From Ascidiella aspersa (Eukaryota), in the NCBI GenBank assembly GCA_963924565.1, contig OZ004612.1, forward strand, positions 15,686,001 to 15,750,000: a stretch of 64,000 bases of DNA. Direction: 5' to 3'. This document shows positions 11,137 to 26,100 of the stretch, in pieces. The translations under genes were made by a program, and so were the position numbers. The notes beneath the pieces are model-generated. The model saw nothing but the letters and a program-made list of their open reading frames with translations. It had not been told where the DNA came from and ran no database searches. Position 1 is the first letter of the stretch, and every line of letters begins with the position of its first letter.

Positions 11137-14096
11137 TTGGTTGCTGGATCGCCGACTGCATTTGACTCCAATATTTTACCAAACTGTGGGTGAAATATAA
11201 AGCCATGTCTCATATTAATTAAATTCGCACTAACAAGAATGATGTCTTAAGTTTTGTTCACTTACCAAAAGTTCATTGAAAAAATAATTTAGTCATCAAA
11301 GCTTCTCTGTTATACTTAAGCATATTATTTGGATCGACGCGAAAAAAGGTTGGAAACACGGGCCTACTGTTACGATCACTTATACTACTCGGAAATCGAT
11401 AAGACCGCAAAATAAATGCAAAAAGGTCTAATCGGTGACAGTAGGGGTCGGCAAGCCCTTCATCCGGCCCGCCGCCTCTTTGAGGCATTTTACACAAATC
11501 AATCAATTTCACATACATTTTAACTACTTAAGTTTAAAAAAAGGGACAAACGAAAACTTATTCACAAATATTTTTTAAATATATATTTGTATATTTTCGG
11601 CAATGTAATGAAAACTTGCAAGAATTTTAAAAGAATTGAAAGAAATGCCGCTACACCAAAAATAAATCGTGTGCCCCTCGTTTAAAAACGTTACACACAC
11701 TAAGCTAGATTAACTTGAAATGTTATGGCGTTCCCTCAAAGTAGTTTTATTACACTTTGACAACGTGTAAACTCGAATTTCAAACCAAACAAACGCTTTT
11801 TTATGCGCTTTGCGTCAACACTTTAGTACCTCCTTATATATAATTATACACGTTTTTAAGTTCAAAAAAGGCTCGAGGCCCGCCTGATTTACATTTGTTC
11901 TAACATTTTAATAACACAATTCTTAGTATACACTTTGTGCGGCCCGCAGGGACCTTTCTGAGTTTGGTTTTGGCCCGCGACTGGAAAAAGGTTGCCGACC
12001 CCTGGGTTATGAGCTTCAGATTTTTTGTCCTATGTTACAGGATAATGGGTTTGATGGTATCATTTTTCAATATTACGGGCATCTTCAGCGACTATCATTT
12101 AGCTGTAGTGCTATACCAACGACAACGTAAAGGGGTACCGCAAAAATTTTACAGTTCAGATAAAACAGCAAAATTCGACCAACACAAGTGCGATTTGTGT
12201 TTCACATTTTTTATGTAGGCTATACAAACTGGCGATATACCTTATACACACTCCATATCACGTTGTTTAATGCTTGCGTTTTAACATTTAACCTATAATA
12301 TTTTAAAATTGACTTCTTATTAGCCTTTTTTTGTAGGCCTATGCAAGCATGAAAATACTACTTCTTAACTCTTTTCTTAATGCAATTTTTTCGTTTTTTT
12401 ATAATCCCAATTTCATACTGAAAATTATGTTGTTGCCGAAACGTTTGAAAAAAAAAATATATATATATATTTTACGCAATGTTCGGAATTTATGTTTGTA
12501 TTGATATTACAAATAAACTTGTTATTGTCATTACAAAACAAATTATAACTTTTTGTTATTTTTACCCACATATGGACTGGTCCCTTCCTGCGCTTTGAGT
12601 CCAAAAACAAGGCAAATGTTGAACTGAAGAACATTCAGATCAAGAAGTGGCACAACTTTTTAGCAACAAACTATTTTATTTTTATTTAGCTCAAGCGAGC
12701 GAAATCAAAGTCTGATTGGAAATTGCTTTACATACAGCCCTTACAGTTTGACCACGTGCAGCTTGCACCTTTGGCGCAATCAGTTTTAACACACGTTAGT
12801 AAAAATGTTTGTCCTTGTTAGTATCAGGAAAAAATATTCGAAGGTGCCTCATAATGCTATCAGTGCCAGGCCCGACAGCGCACGCAAGGCGGCCTGATAA
12901 ACAAATTATTCTTTACAATAGCATAAACTTTGGTGTCTTGCCAAATTCTATCGAACTATTTTGTCTCCTACAGTATAACCTTTTTAACGAACATTTATTT
13001 TCCGAAGCTAGTACATTTTTCCATAAGTTACCTTGTTTGGAAATATTTCCATTTCTGTGTCGCGCTCAATGTTCCTGTACTGTGTTCTCGTCATTTCTTT
13101 CACGCGGAAGACGGCGTCCAACTTACCATTACAGCTTTGGCGAAATTTTTGTTGCGTCACAACGGGAATAAGGTGTTGCAAATAGTTTAAGTCGATTCTG
13201 TGTTGTGAAGACACCGAGTCTCCTTCAGATTGACTGTTGAAAAAAATAATACTAACTTGATGAATGCCGTTTACCAAACTTGTCGAAAAATGTTTCTAAA
13301 TGTGATGCTACGCCTAATTTATTTTTTGATAGTTGAATTCCCTCCAAATAAAAAGGTATAAAATTTCATGATTGTATAAAAATGCCAACTGCTTCTACCC
13401 GGTATAGTATGAAACGAAGCTAGATTGTTGCATTCTCTGATAAAGGCATCACCAATTCTAGGAGCGTTAGGTTCTAAAATGTTTTAAATTAGAGGAAAAC
13501 AAACAGACCCTAAACAATAAACAGTTATTTAACTTCACAGCTAATATCTAACTGCATTGTAAAAACGTTTTCGGGCGTACGTTATCCCGTGTGTAGACAC
13601 TAATTCGGTCGCCTTACTCGTGCACTCTGTGCTTGAAGAACTTCGGAATGACGATTGTCCGATTTAGTCGAATTGCGATCAAGATAGACTTCCGAAGTCC
13701 AACCAGCTGGTTGTTGGGTCCGTTGATTAGAATGGGCAGTAAAAATCTGTCTCTGTTCAAATTTATCATAGGTTTTATTCCGGTTTTAAAGCTCGAAACA
13801 GATATCGGACACGCCTTTTGTTTTTTAGCCCATACTGTGAAATTTCGCCGTCGAGATTTTGGCACCGCCGCCGACTTGTTGATGGTTGAAACAACGCCAG
13901 GTTGACGATTCGACTGTTCGCTCGTTATGCCAGAAACCAAGATTTCTACTCGCCTTTCACTGCGTCTCGTGTTCCTTTTCATGAAAACGACGTACAGTCC
14001 CAGAAAAAGTGCGGCTACCTTTGCTAGGTTTTGTAATCTTTTTCCAGAAAAAAATCTTCGGAATAATTTCGAGGAAGCTGCCTTTTTAAAGCTCAT
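7073..14096 (-). CDS. O-fucosyltransferase-family (GT-B, PF10250-like) type II membrane glycosyltransferase, paralog A, 8 exons, 503 aa
   Basis: Exons 14096-13618, 13233-13032, 10984-10877, 10261-10177, 9219-9054, 8120-7919, 7513-7371, 7199-7073. All introns GT-AG and in frame (1512 nt). N-terminal anchor VAALFLGLYVVFM. Motifs INGPNNQLVG, YLSVHWRFDKKDW, IYFASP, EMEICRRGAVFLRSGSSTWS. Confidence 0.9.
11102..11131. repeat. (AT)n microsatellite in intron 2 of paralog A
   Basis: About 15 uninterrupted AT units. Confidence 0.95.
11442..12004. mobile_element. hAT-type MITE in intron 2 of paralog A
   Basis: TIRs TAGGGGTCGGCAA / TTGCCGACCCCTG with subterminal GGCCCGC motifs. TSD poorly preserved. 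Confidence 0.7.
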
Positions 14097-15243
14097 CTTC
14101 TGCGGATTATAGGTCGACTATGGAAGACTCTGTTACAGCAACTTTGAATCTTCTCTCAATCTGTCTTCGTTGCATATAGCGATAGACTATTTGAGAACAT
14201 ATGGCACGTGTGATAATATATACCACACCGTTTAAGCTATAGTCTATAAAGCTGAATAAACAGGTTTGTGATGTGGTTAGTAGTGCTTTTAAGACTCTTT
14301 AGGGTTAATTTATAGATTTATTAAAAAAAGAATTTAAAGCATAAAGCGTTTTACTCACACACAACTAAAAGCAACAGCCCTTCGTCGTCAGATATTTAAA
14401 CTAAACAGGCTTGATCTCTGCCTGATTTGTCGCTCCACATTTTACAAAGACTCGAAGTCAATTATACGATGTGTAAGCTGTTATCCACGTATAGAAATTG
14501 TTTTTAACATATTTATCTAATCCATTTAACCGGCTTTCAAATAGAGTTGAGACGTTTCAACTGCCCGAGGCGATCACGTATATAAACTGATCTAACAGCA
14601 ACCTTATGGAAAGCCTACACTAGTCACGGCAAGTACAAGCTTGCGGTCGCTTTCGAAATTGATGACATGACATTGTTGTTCAGTAACAAAAACAGATGTT
14701 TTTTGACAAAACTGTGACGTACATAGTAAAATGGTAAACAAAACAAAAATGTTTATATCCGTCTTAGATTAGATAACCACCCGTGGTTTTATTAGCGTGC
14801 TTGATTTAATTTATTGCACATTAACGACTTTTGATATAATTAATCTTAAAACAGTTGTTCCAATCTTTGCTTTCCAGTTTTGGAAAACCTACGCGACCCG
14901 CAATCTTGGTGTAGCCTACTAAAGATAAACATAATCCAATCATACGCAATCTGGCAAAGTATTTACAAATCTAGAAAGATTGTTTAAAAATTTGGTCAGA
15001 AAGTCCTGATTTACCCCAAATGCAGTATAATTAACTAAAGTTACGGTTTAAGGTTTTTGCATCAGAATGACTTTTTATCCCATAGTTCAGAAGAAGAATG
15101 CATTGTGCCTTTAAGACGTGGAACAATGAAAAAAGAAGTGAACCAGTCATGTGTATGATGTCACCAATACTTTTGGTTTCAATCAATGGCCGAAGCATAT
15201 AGCTCCAGCCTTGTCTAACGTAAACTACTTCATCACCGAAGAC

Positions 15244-15831
15244 CAGAAGGAAGTCGAATCGGAGCCGAACCGGAACTTGATGAACCGACTATGGGACAAA
15301 TTTTTACGAACCGTAACCGAACCTGAATCGATTTTTGTAAGATTTTAAGGAGCCGAACAGGAACTGAACCGAATAGTTTGAAAGAACCTGAATCTTATCC
15401 GATCCCGAACTAGTCAAAAAAGCGGTTCATTTCAGCATGACGTCACATCTCCTTTTTTTCAGAGTCAAATTATATGCCATGTTCGAAATTTCATAAAAAC
15501 AAATGAATAGTGATTAAATAAAATGCTGTTTTTTCATTTTTTAGATATTGTAATAATGAGTTGCTTGGTTTTTTAATACGTCACCTAACTTTAAATACGA
15601 GTTACAATTCATTAATTCTCTACATTTATTGAGACCCACATTGTAGGTAAAACGCTCTCCTATTGTGTCAGAACCGGAAACTTATAAACCGGTTTTGAAA
15701 ATAAATTTGGTCGAACAGGAGCTGAACCTTTTAAAATGCTCGAAACCGAAACCGGAACTGAACCGGTTCCGAAAAATTCCTTGAACCTAAACCGAACCTG
15801 AACGGAAAAAGTTAAACAGTTCGCCTCCCTG
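15244..15831. mobile_element. hAT-type MITE, GAACCG-rich family, copy 2
   Basis: Colinear with 2631-3258. Ends GTTCGCCTCCCTG. TSD CCGAAGAC / CCAAAGAC (1 mismatch). Confidence 0.88.
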
Positions 15832-17684
15832 CCAAAGACCCTTTTTTACGACACCTAATTAAACTCTATGTAACCCCAATTTTCTGTAACAACACTTTTT
15901 TCCCACTGGAAACCTGCAGAGAAAAATAAGTTAAGAACATACATGAAAAATACTGCCATAAAATAATTGTTTAATCTATGTTTACCTTAGTTTTAAAAAG
16001 ATCACTTTAGTGATAACTTTAGTTTTAAACTTAACTTGTAAATCAACCATTATTGTTGTGTTCAAGTTACTTTACGAGTTTACGGCACAATTTTAAATGT
16101 TACGTCTTAAGTGCACACTGCACAATACATAAAATACGATATAGTTGGCACGTCTTAAGTTACAATATAACTTGGTAATTTACTATAAAGAATAATAATT
16201 ATTGCTATTCGTGGTAGACTCCTGGAATATTAATATGCCTTGCTGCTTGATAGGCACATTGTGTATTGTCACCTCGCAACAGGTAAATGTTTCACCCAAT
16301 ATACTAAACCAGGGGTCATCAAACGTTTTTTATGGAGAATCGAAATACTGTTAGGCCTAACAATTGTGGGCCAGACAACTGTAAGGATTGACAATCGCAG
16401 GCCGGACATACTTTTCTTGACTAACTGTATTAACTTGATCATCGTTAAACGAAGGAAATATCAACAACTGTATGTAATAAGCACAGTATAGCTTTAACAC
16501 ATTGCAGTTCAGCTAAAAATAAATAAAAAATCATACAAATGACGTAAAACTTGCATTTTTGCGTATGACTTAAAAGTGGTCGCATTATGTTAGCTAAACT
16601 CACAAAAGCAAGAAACAATATATTGTATTTTAATGATACCATGCATGTCGTTTTGGAGGACACAATTTTATATAGGCCTACCTAAAATGAAGTAAATACA
16701 ATGAATGCTTATATTCACTTTGAAAAGTAAACATTACGGCAACTCACAAATTAATTCAAAAACTACCTTTGCATTGACCGCATGAAATACTATACTACAA
16801 AGTGCAAAACATGCTTTGCACACCTTCCTTTTCCAGTTGTGCGCGACGTTGTGTATTTTCGTCGCATATCCGCAAGAGAGTTTAGTGCCGATTCCCCGTA
16901 ATAACAGGCTTTAAGTTACGGGATTTTCTTAGATGGAATAAGCATAACGGTGGTCGCAAGAGTATCGACATTAATCGCTTAAATCCTGCGTCGTTTCTAA
17001 ACCGAAGCGATGCGCGAAAAGTGAAGGAGGAAACGCCTGCGTAGATTAAAGCGTAAGCGAAGAAATATGCGATCCAGATCCAAGAAGAATTAGTAGATCC
17101 CCACCTTTTGTTTCAATGTTCAACGAATTGTTTCCACCGCCATCCAACCACAACTAAATCAGTTATTTTATCGTTTCAGATCGAGTAATGGTTGTGAATA
17201 CAATTTTGATAAGTGTTGAAAACAGAAAAATAAGTTACGGGATTTTTAACAGGGTTCCACTCAGACTAAAACAATTAGATTTATTTTAGCATTCAAATAT
17301 ATTGGATTAGAATTAGAAATACTGAATTCTTACAAAACTACTTTTAAATTTTCACATTCAATTTAGTTAAATCGTGGATTTTCTTAGGGTTTGGATTTTG
17401 AAGTTTTAAGGGCGGAATTCGTATTTCTGCCTCTTTTTAACGTCAGAGTTTATATTAGGCCTAATGGTTCGAAAAGTACCTTGGTTTTTTGATAATTTTT
17501 TTATTAGGGGAAGCTCTTATTTTCTGCAGTTTCATGTACATGTCATTTCGCTTTACCTTGGACATCTAGGGAAACTACGAATTTCATACTACTGCGCGTA
17601 TTTTTACATAGTTAAGCGGATTGGGGAAATATACTGCAACTTACATTGTTCCATATCAAAGTAGTCGATTCAACAATATAGTTA

Positions 17685-17815
17685 CAGTAGAACTCACATA
17701 TAACGCACACGTACATAACGGCTAACCGTATATAGGAATTAATAGTTCAGTTTCTTAGAGAAAAAAATGCGAAATACCTCTTATATAACGGATATCGCGT
17801 ATAACGGACAAAGTA
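17685..17815 (+). mobile_element. Left end of a pogo/Tigger-like (Tc1/mariner) element fragment
   Basis: TA|CAGTAGAACTC..ATATAACG followed by repeated TATAACGGA motifs. I found no matching right end. Confidence 0.4.
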
Positions 17816-20420
17816 AGTCTATTTCCTAATTAAACTTACTTTGTTAACGGCCAAGAGCCACACATAACAAAATTGCGACGACTTGGGCAAGTTGTACTAA
17901 ACTACATGTGCCTTGCGAGTAACAAAGGGAAGCACGCGGCTCGAAATTTCACTGTGTAGTTTCTCAAGAATGACAAAAGATATCGATCGATCGATCAGAA
18001 TATTTTACTGATTACTCAAAGTAATCCTAACTTAGCCAGCAATTAGACTTTAATAAAATAATACTTTTAAAATATTATAAATTAAATTATAAATATACCG
18101 GTATTAGTCATATTCGGCCTTGAAAACTAGGCGTGCAGAAAGTGAATCACATAGGGTAAAACCTACGAGTCTACGATTCAAAAACAGCCATGACTCGACC
18201 GCCAGTTATTCTGGAGTATGGTATCAAAATTCATTCAAACATTCATAAACGTCATGTATTTCAATATGGAATGATATGCAAAGGCCCCATAACTCGAGTA
18301 AGAACTAAGATTATCTGTTATCATTTCTATTAAACTATTCATATTCAGATGTATCGATATTAAAATTCAGTCATACTGTGCCTTAAAACGGGTTTTAAAC
18401 CTATAACCAGATGCAATGTATTTTAATGGTTGCTCACTATTGTTGTTGCATGACCACGACAATATCGCTTTATGAAAGCTTAAAATTGTTTAATGCAGCC
18501 GTTTATATACAAGGGTTTGTTTTTTGGCGGCATTGACAGGTAAAGCGTGTCCTGCAAAATTAAAGTTTCGTACTTATGTGCCCAAAACGAAGATCCAACC
18601 AAAAAATAGATAAAACAAACAACTATTTTACAAGACACTTTATAACTGTTTTCCGCAAATTTCGGTGGCTTGATCTCACAAGTTTTTGACAAAATTGACG
18701 TCATTATAGTGTTTTAGTTACTGGTGTCATCCATTCGATTTACTGTTTTGGTCTAATAGATTTTTGTTACACTCTTACACTCTTACACTCAGTGTACGGT
18801 ACTTTAACATGCGTCTTAAACACAATATTTTTAGGTTTGTTTTTTTGAGAGTATCTGGCACGTTTTGTGTAATGAATCAATAAACAAAAAACTCTTGTTA
18901 CAATCAGTTCGAGGTTGAGGTCTTTTTTACCCAGATTTTACTATAGCCTAACAATATTTAAAGAGGAATTTATTGATAATTCCTTTGTATTAAGACTAAG
19001 ACATTATATTAAACCAAATATGTTTGACGGAATAAGACCAATTTTTCAAAATGGCTTAAATTACATCCAATATAGAGTATAGGTTCAATTTCTGCATGCC
19101 CGCGATTATTACAAGTATAACTCAACAACTACGGGACCTGTTAAGCAAGTAACAAAAGTGGGATGGGAGATACATGAAGACGCCTTCTTCTAAATTAAGA
19201 ATGTATCTAGTTCACCCGAACTTGATGAATTATAATCCCAGTTTTGTTGTGTCTGCGGACGTTTTGACGTTATGGTCTGGGTGCCCTTCTCCATGCCCAA
19301 ATAAAAACGAAACTTTATAACTTGGGTATATCAAAAAACAATAGATTTTAGTAGTCTGCGTTGAAACGAAAATACCCTTAAATTAGTTAATTTGTAAAGA
19401 AAAATTGTGACAGATATCTCCGAGAATTGAGCGTTTTCCAATGAGTTCAGAGTCCGGTAATTTTAAACTTACATTTTTCACAAGAAAAAATTTCTAATAA
19501 CTCTGGAAACATTGCTTGTATTCTTTTGATTTCTCTTTGCATAAGTAGCGAAATAATCCTGTGGAAATGTTATTTGAACCGTAATGTCAATTACAAATCT
19601 TTGCAGAAGCTTCGTTAGAGGGCTAAACATTAACCGAGGGTATAGAATATAGATCATTATGTCGTTACCTGCAACTTTGATGCTGAGAGGTATTTTCGTT
19701 CATAGAACGGGTCAAACGCCAGGCTTGATCGCTACTGCGTTACAAGCTTTTTCAAAACACCCGATGCCTTTGGAAAGATCACACATTATACACAATGTGT
19801 ATACTGTATGAATGTTGCAGAAGCTGTTCTAACGATTGAGATACGTTTCTATAGTGCTTTAACCTTTAAACAGTGTGAACTAGTATCGAGACCATGAAAT
19901 GCTAGATAAAATGCTCATAGATAAAAGTTTGTCCTACCTGGATAAACATAAGTGTAATAGGCTTGCCTTAGTATTAGTGTGATTGAGCTGATTGAACTAT
20001 TTTTTCAACTACATTGTTATACACATAGCGCTCTCTTGTGACACACTTTTTCGGCAGCAATGAGCTTTATACTTTGGGATAAATGTAGCAGAATATATAT
20101 CACAAAACACAATAAATATATTGTAAGCGCATACCATATACTAACACTAAGTAACGATTCTTTTACAAAACGTTCTAGCTAGTTAAACATACTAGTCTTT
20201 TGGTCTAGGGTAGGATTATATAGCAATTAAGAAAACAATAAAACTTCATACATTATTATCTTTCATGGAAATTCCACATAATTTGATAATGAAGATAATA
20301 ATCAGATATCGTTTGATATATAGTTGTGTTGGTTTACCAGGCAGTTATTTTATTTACCAGATTTATATTTTGATATACTGCATATTAGGCAACGGAAAAA
20401 ATGCGGGATTTTCTGCTTGT

Positions 20421-23152
20421 TCATTCGGAATCTGTTTGTTTTTCACTTTCAGCTTTTGCTTCCATGACAAGTTCGTAAATACCTTCATCCAAGGATACAT
20501 GAGATCCGGGATGGTAACGCGAAAGAGCGACGTTGTTCGACCATGTCGATGCCGGGGATCTTAAAATAACGATCTTAAAATAGACGCAAAATAAAAGTAG
20601 GACTAACAGTTAGAAATTAAAACAACGGTAATAAAGTAATTAAAATACACCGAGATGAAACAATGGAGCAACCTTAGAAAGACTAGTGCACGTGAACAAA
20701 TTTCCATTTCAGTTGAAGAAAGAAGATCATTAACGTCACTCCATAACCAATCACATGACTCGTATCTTTCGTTCCACAACTCCATTAAGTCACACGTGTA
20801 ATACATTTTTATATTCTGCGAATAAAATAACTGTGGCTTTAAATATTATGTACACTTCAAGGGAACTACACGACATCAGTGTGATGACTATATACATACG
20901 TATTGGTAATATAGAGAAAAAAAATGTTAAGTTACGTGTTTCAGTATAAGGTGTTGTTTGACTTGGTGTAGAAGTTCTTTTTGCGAGGGAGGCGACGCAA
21001 CGTACACGTCGTTCACTTCAACGCCTTTCATCTTTGTGGCTATTCCGTCAGCAATATGGGATGGCTTTAAATGCTGGACGTTGTCGCACATTTCCATACG
21101 CACCTTTGGGGCATTCTCGTTGGTGCAACTGCAATTTGAAGAATGAAAAACATGCAACCCGAAAAAGTTAAGCAGCTTGGTATTTGATAAATTAATAAAA
21201 TGCATTTTTTATAACAACTGTGACATCGGTGGTGTACTGTTAATTTTAATCGTAGCGTGACCACAACAATTTAAGGGTTGAATTATATATAATTTGTAAG
21301 CCGCTAGCTATACAAGTGCGATATGTAACATTTCACATGTTCGACAAGCACTGCCACAATTAGAACTATAATGGAACATATTTTCAGGGTTCGGAAAAAT
21401 AATGTAATTGTAATATGTAAAAAATACGCAAAAGACAAATTGTCGTACCTTTTCATCCAATCCTCTTTATTAAACCTCCAATGCACACTCAAGTATTTAT
21501 GATTGTTGAGAAACCTTTGCAGGAATTCGCTCGCCATAAATTTTATGTGATTAGGAAAACCAGTGTATCGAATGATTTCGGAGAACAGTTTGGTATCGCT
21601 CAATGACGGTAATTCTATCAATACACGATGCAATTATATAAAGTGACACAACGATAATAATACATAAAGGAACTAAATAATGTTGTATACTAACTAATCA
21701 CATTCACCTTGAGCGTTTGGCTTATTTTCGTTTGGCATTATTTCCCTAATACGTAAACTGGTGAACTGAAAAGGGTGAACTGCACAATTTCCCTGTAGAT
21801 TCGATAAAATCAAAGTATATGTTACTTTTGACATGTTAAAAAAGTTATTGGGACACAAGTATGTTAGTATAATTGATGGGTAATTCAAGTTAAATAAAAC
21901 TTAGAGCTACACCAAATTGTAAAAAATATTGGCATTTCCGTTTTGGTGTACAGCACTGAATACAGATTTGTTTCGAATACTTACGTTACTGTCATAAGCC
22001 GACGTTACATCTTGCGAACGAAGTTGTATTGCATCAGAATTTGATCTTGGGAAAGTGATTGGATATTCAGCGACGTTTTCGTTGAGCTGTCGAGTTATCT
22101 GTGACAGTAAAGTTTTTTAACTATTTGATGCTCACGTTTTTTAATTATACGTAAATTAGTGTAATGGCAATTTCAGTGTATCAAATGATGAATGTGCAAA
22201 GTAAACTTCACCGCAATAGAATTAATCCAAATACAAAAACACGTTTGCTGTTTACCTTGCTTATCAGGGTGATGTTGGTTTCACGCTCGATCCTTTGATA
22301 AGCCCGCTTGGACATAATTCTGGTCCGAAATATAGAATCTGCTGTGTTAGAGCATTTTTTTCTATATTCGTCAATATTAATGGTAGGAAGCAATTGGCTT
22401 AATTGGTTTTGATCCACTCGATGCCAAGCATTAATTTCCCTGCAGAATTGTTTAATATAAGGAAGTTAAAGTGGTATTTTTTTACTTTTAATAAATTTGC
22501 TGGAAAATTGTGTAACAAATAAAAAAATTCGCTTTTTCTTAATAGCCTATTGAATTTATCAAGTTATGAAAATCCTAGTGATCTTTTTGTACAGTTTTCC
22601 GTTAACAAAACGCGGTGGCAAATCATAACAATAATTTTTATTAATTTGATTTATATTTGTACGATTTTTAGGTCCCTATTCATTGTAAAATATGGTCAAA
22701 AAACAATAATTTCATTCTATAAATAACAAATTTTAGTCTACAAACAAACTAAATATGCTGAAAATTGATTCTATAACTTACTCGCCGGTTTTGTGTTTAA
22801 AAAACCTTGGTATGGCAATTGTTCGGTTTAGTTTTATAGCAATAAAAATTGATTTTCTGAATCCGACAAGTTGGTTGTTGGGGCCGTTTATTAAAACCGG
22901 TAACAAAAACTTGCCTCTGTGCAAGCTTAGCAGCGGTTTAATGTTTGGTTTTATTGTTTTCTCCCATATTACTGGGCATCGATTTTCGCCAGCATGTTGG
23001 GTCATAGAAACTTTGATTGCAGCTTTTGGGCTTTTTCTTTTGAAATACACTGCTTTGTCTTCCTTCTTTTTAACGAAGAAGATCACCACAGAGGTAATTG
23101 CTAACATATAAAAAATAGGCAACACTCTTATTTTGGCAGTTTTAAGCCTCAT
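20421..23152 (-). CDS. O-fucosyltransferase-family type II membrane glycosyltransferase, paralog B, 8 exons, 464 aa
   Basis: Exons 23152-22782, 22439-22256, 22098-21985, 21792-21708, 21614-21449, 21128-20936, 20815-20673, 20559-20421. GT-AG and in frame (1395 nt). Motifs INGPNNQLVG, YLSVHWRFNKEDW, VYVASPP, EMEICSRALVFLRSPASTWS. Confidence 0.92.
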
Positions 23153-26100
23153 TTTTGTCAGAATCCTTAACTCACATTGTAATATTTTAGGAGGCTAGAA
23201 GTAAATAAGAGTTTATCTATTTTATATGGGATTGTTGCACTTGGAACCTTATCAAATGATACAAAAAATGTTTTATATTGAAATAATGTTTTTATATTAG
23301 GAAAATATTGAAAACAACTATACTAAGTTTGCAATATACCTGCCGTTATCAAACTTTTCTAACACATGAATATTTACTAGCATACGTGAAGGTTCGCGTC
23401 TAGAGATACCTGGGCCAAAAAGTTAAACACGCCTCTATAGGAAAAGCTAGAAGCCACAGATACTATGTTATAAAAATGTATGGGGCTTATTTAGAAACGT
23501 TCTAACGCAACGCATGAGAATAATCAAATTGTTTTTCAATTTATAAAACTCACAGGCTATACACCTTTAGTTTGTGTAATACACAAGGACACTTGTGTAA
23601 TAATTTTCAGTGACTTGTCATGGTGCGACACAAAATGGTTGTTTCGAAACTTATTTTTACTTTTAACTTTAGGGCTGAAATCGTGAGTAGAAACTTCGAA
23701 ATTAGAATTTGACATTTTATTTTATTTTTTAAATTTAATTATAACTATAGAACTACCGATTTCTACATTTAATCATTTAAATTAATTTAGTTTATATCGC
23801 TATTGCCATACGAATATGAATGGTAAATATTGGTGTGCTATAATTTTTATACGTTTTGAGATAGCCGCTATGCTCTTCGGGCTATAAAAATCACCTTCAA
23901 ATCACTCCGACCAAAGGTATTAATTCAAATTCTTTGTTTTGTCGTATAGAGACTAAAATTGCTGATGGACAAGATAGCACTTTTGGTAATATCCGAAAAG
24001 GTTTAAAGCTCGAAATAAAACACACAATCAAATACCAAATTAGATTATAATTATAATTAGCATTTGTTTTAATTCATTGAATTTCAAAAATAGAACTGTC
24101 TCGTTTTTCAACTATACATGGGAGCACTCTATTTCCTTATTGTAATAAACGTTCAGTTCGATCACAAAACACAGTTTGGCAATATAATTAGATAACATAA
24201 AAAACATGAAAAACTACAAAAGATTTTTTATTTTACTACATTTATGTTACCTTTTTTACTTCGTTGACCCAATAATGAATCATGTTTGTTGCGTGACTGT
24301 AATTGATGCAAGTTCTAAACATTTATTGTGCCTATAATTCGATCGCATATGTTTTCCAAATTTGTCATGCGTAGCGTTTCTAAATTTGTCATGCGTAGCT
24401 TTTTTATCGATTTACCCGTATAGCTATCATAATATCCTGAAACATGTTGACTAATGGACTACTTTGTCAATTTCTAAATACTTGAATAAAGACAAACCTT
24501 TGTCCATCAATGTTCAAACCCAACCTTTGGGTCATAGACCTACATAATTAACTATTGTACATTTATTTTAGATTTCAACCTTCCGCTAGAATCCACACAT
24601 TACAACCTTTGCCTATAAAGTAGACAAACAGCTGTGGTTCAGAAGGCTGTAGAATTGCCGCCAATTCCATGCGTTTAACGCCGTTGGCTATCAATGACGC
24701 TTACCTTAACTCACAAAATAAGCGCAAAGGAATACAATATGCTAAAACAAATAAGTTTCTCGAAAAATATAGCGAAAAAAATGGTGCGTGGTGTAGTGAC
24801 GCAAATAGTCTATGGTCACCACATTTTTTAATATTTGGTCGGATAACCGTAACGATTGACTATCCCGAGCTGGATATAAAAAACTGTCGAACTTGATTAA
24901 TTAGATTTATATCGTTAAACGAGAGAAATATAAATAAATACTTAATAAAAACTCTAATTGAACTGTCGTTCAAATTTTATCCAAATTTAGTTTGAAGTTT
25001 GGTGACACTGGTTTATCGCGTTTGGTTTCTATCGCATATGTTTCGTTTTGCCTTAGATCAGTGGTTCTTAACCTGTTTTTTTATCCCTTTTGACAATTGT
25101 TCTGTGGCTTGCGCCCCCCTCAGATATTAGGCTACATAAGCATCCTGACAATTCAGTAGTTTTCGACTAAATATCATTGAAACAACTTGAAAACAGTACT
25201 CTTTAGTTTATTTCTTTGAATTGGCTAACTTTTCTTTAAGAGACATGACGCATTGGAGACGCACTAAAATTTGCTGTTGCTGAATATACTTTTATCCAGC
25301 TAATTTTGACAAATATGATGTAAGGCCATTGCCATATAGTTGTAAGGCTGTCTAGACACCACGTAAAACATCGCCCGAAGCTCAAAAGTTAAACATTGCA
25401 TTAATCGTGTTTGAAAAGGTTTGACGACAGACAATGCAATAGCCAAATTGCAAAAACCATATAGACTCACGCAAAAAAGAGTCCACTCGGCGCTAACCTC
25501 TTATCATATATAAAATACTAGATCAAATAACCAGCGTTCACCAGTTTAAATAGATTTTCTAACTGAAAAGGACTAATGTAGTGTATGGATGTAAATTACA
25601 CCTGCTATACGCACGATACTTAAAACCAGTAAACCTGTATTTTGCGTGGTTAAACAAAGTAAAACAACCAATTATGCTGTGGGCACTTCATTACTGTTGC
25701 ATATAATGTTATTCTCGGTTAGGTTTAATAATGAGCCATTAACGCAAACGGCCTTTAACATATATCGCCCTTAAATTTGCAGTGCATAGCGATATACTTT
25801 CGGTAAAGGAAATTTAACATGATTCCAGACAAAGTTTTCTACAGCGGCGCATTATAACCCCTTTGTTAAGCTCCGCAAAAGCGATGACTAATTGGATTTT
25901 TATGGTCACGAAAAAGCTGCGCCTAACGTCAGAAAAATCCGTAACCAGTTTAAAATAAAAAAGTTGTTTGCTGTTGTAACGCGATTAAACACACACGACA
26001 AGAACCATTTAGACCTAAGGGTCTTAATCTTTAGCGTTGCACTAGTAGCCTACACGCTCGGTTAATATAAATTACATTACATGTTATGAGTTTTTTTCGT

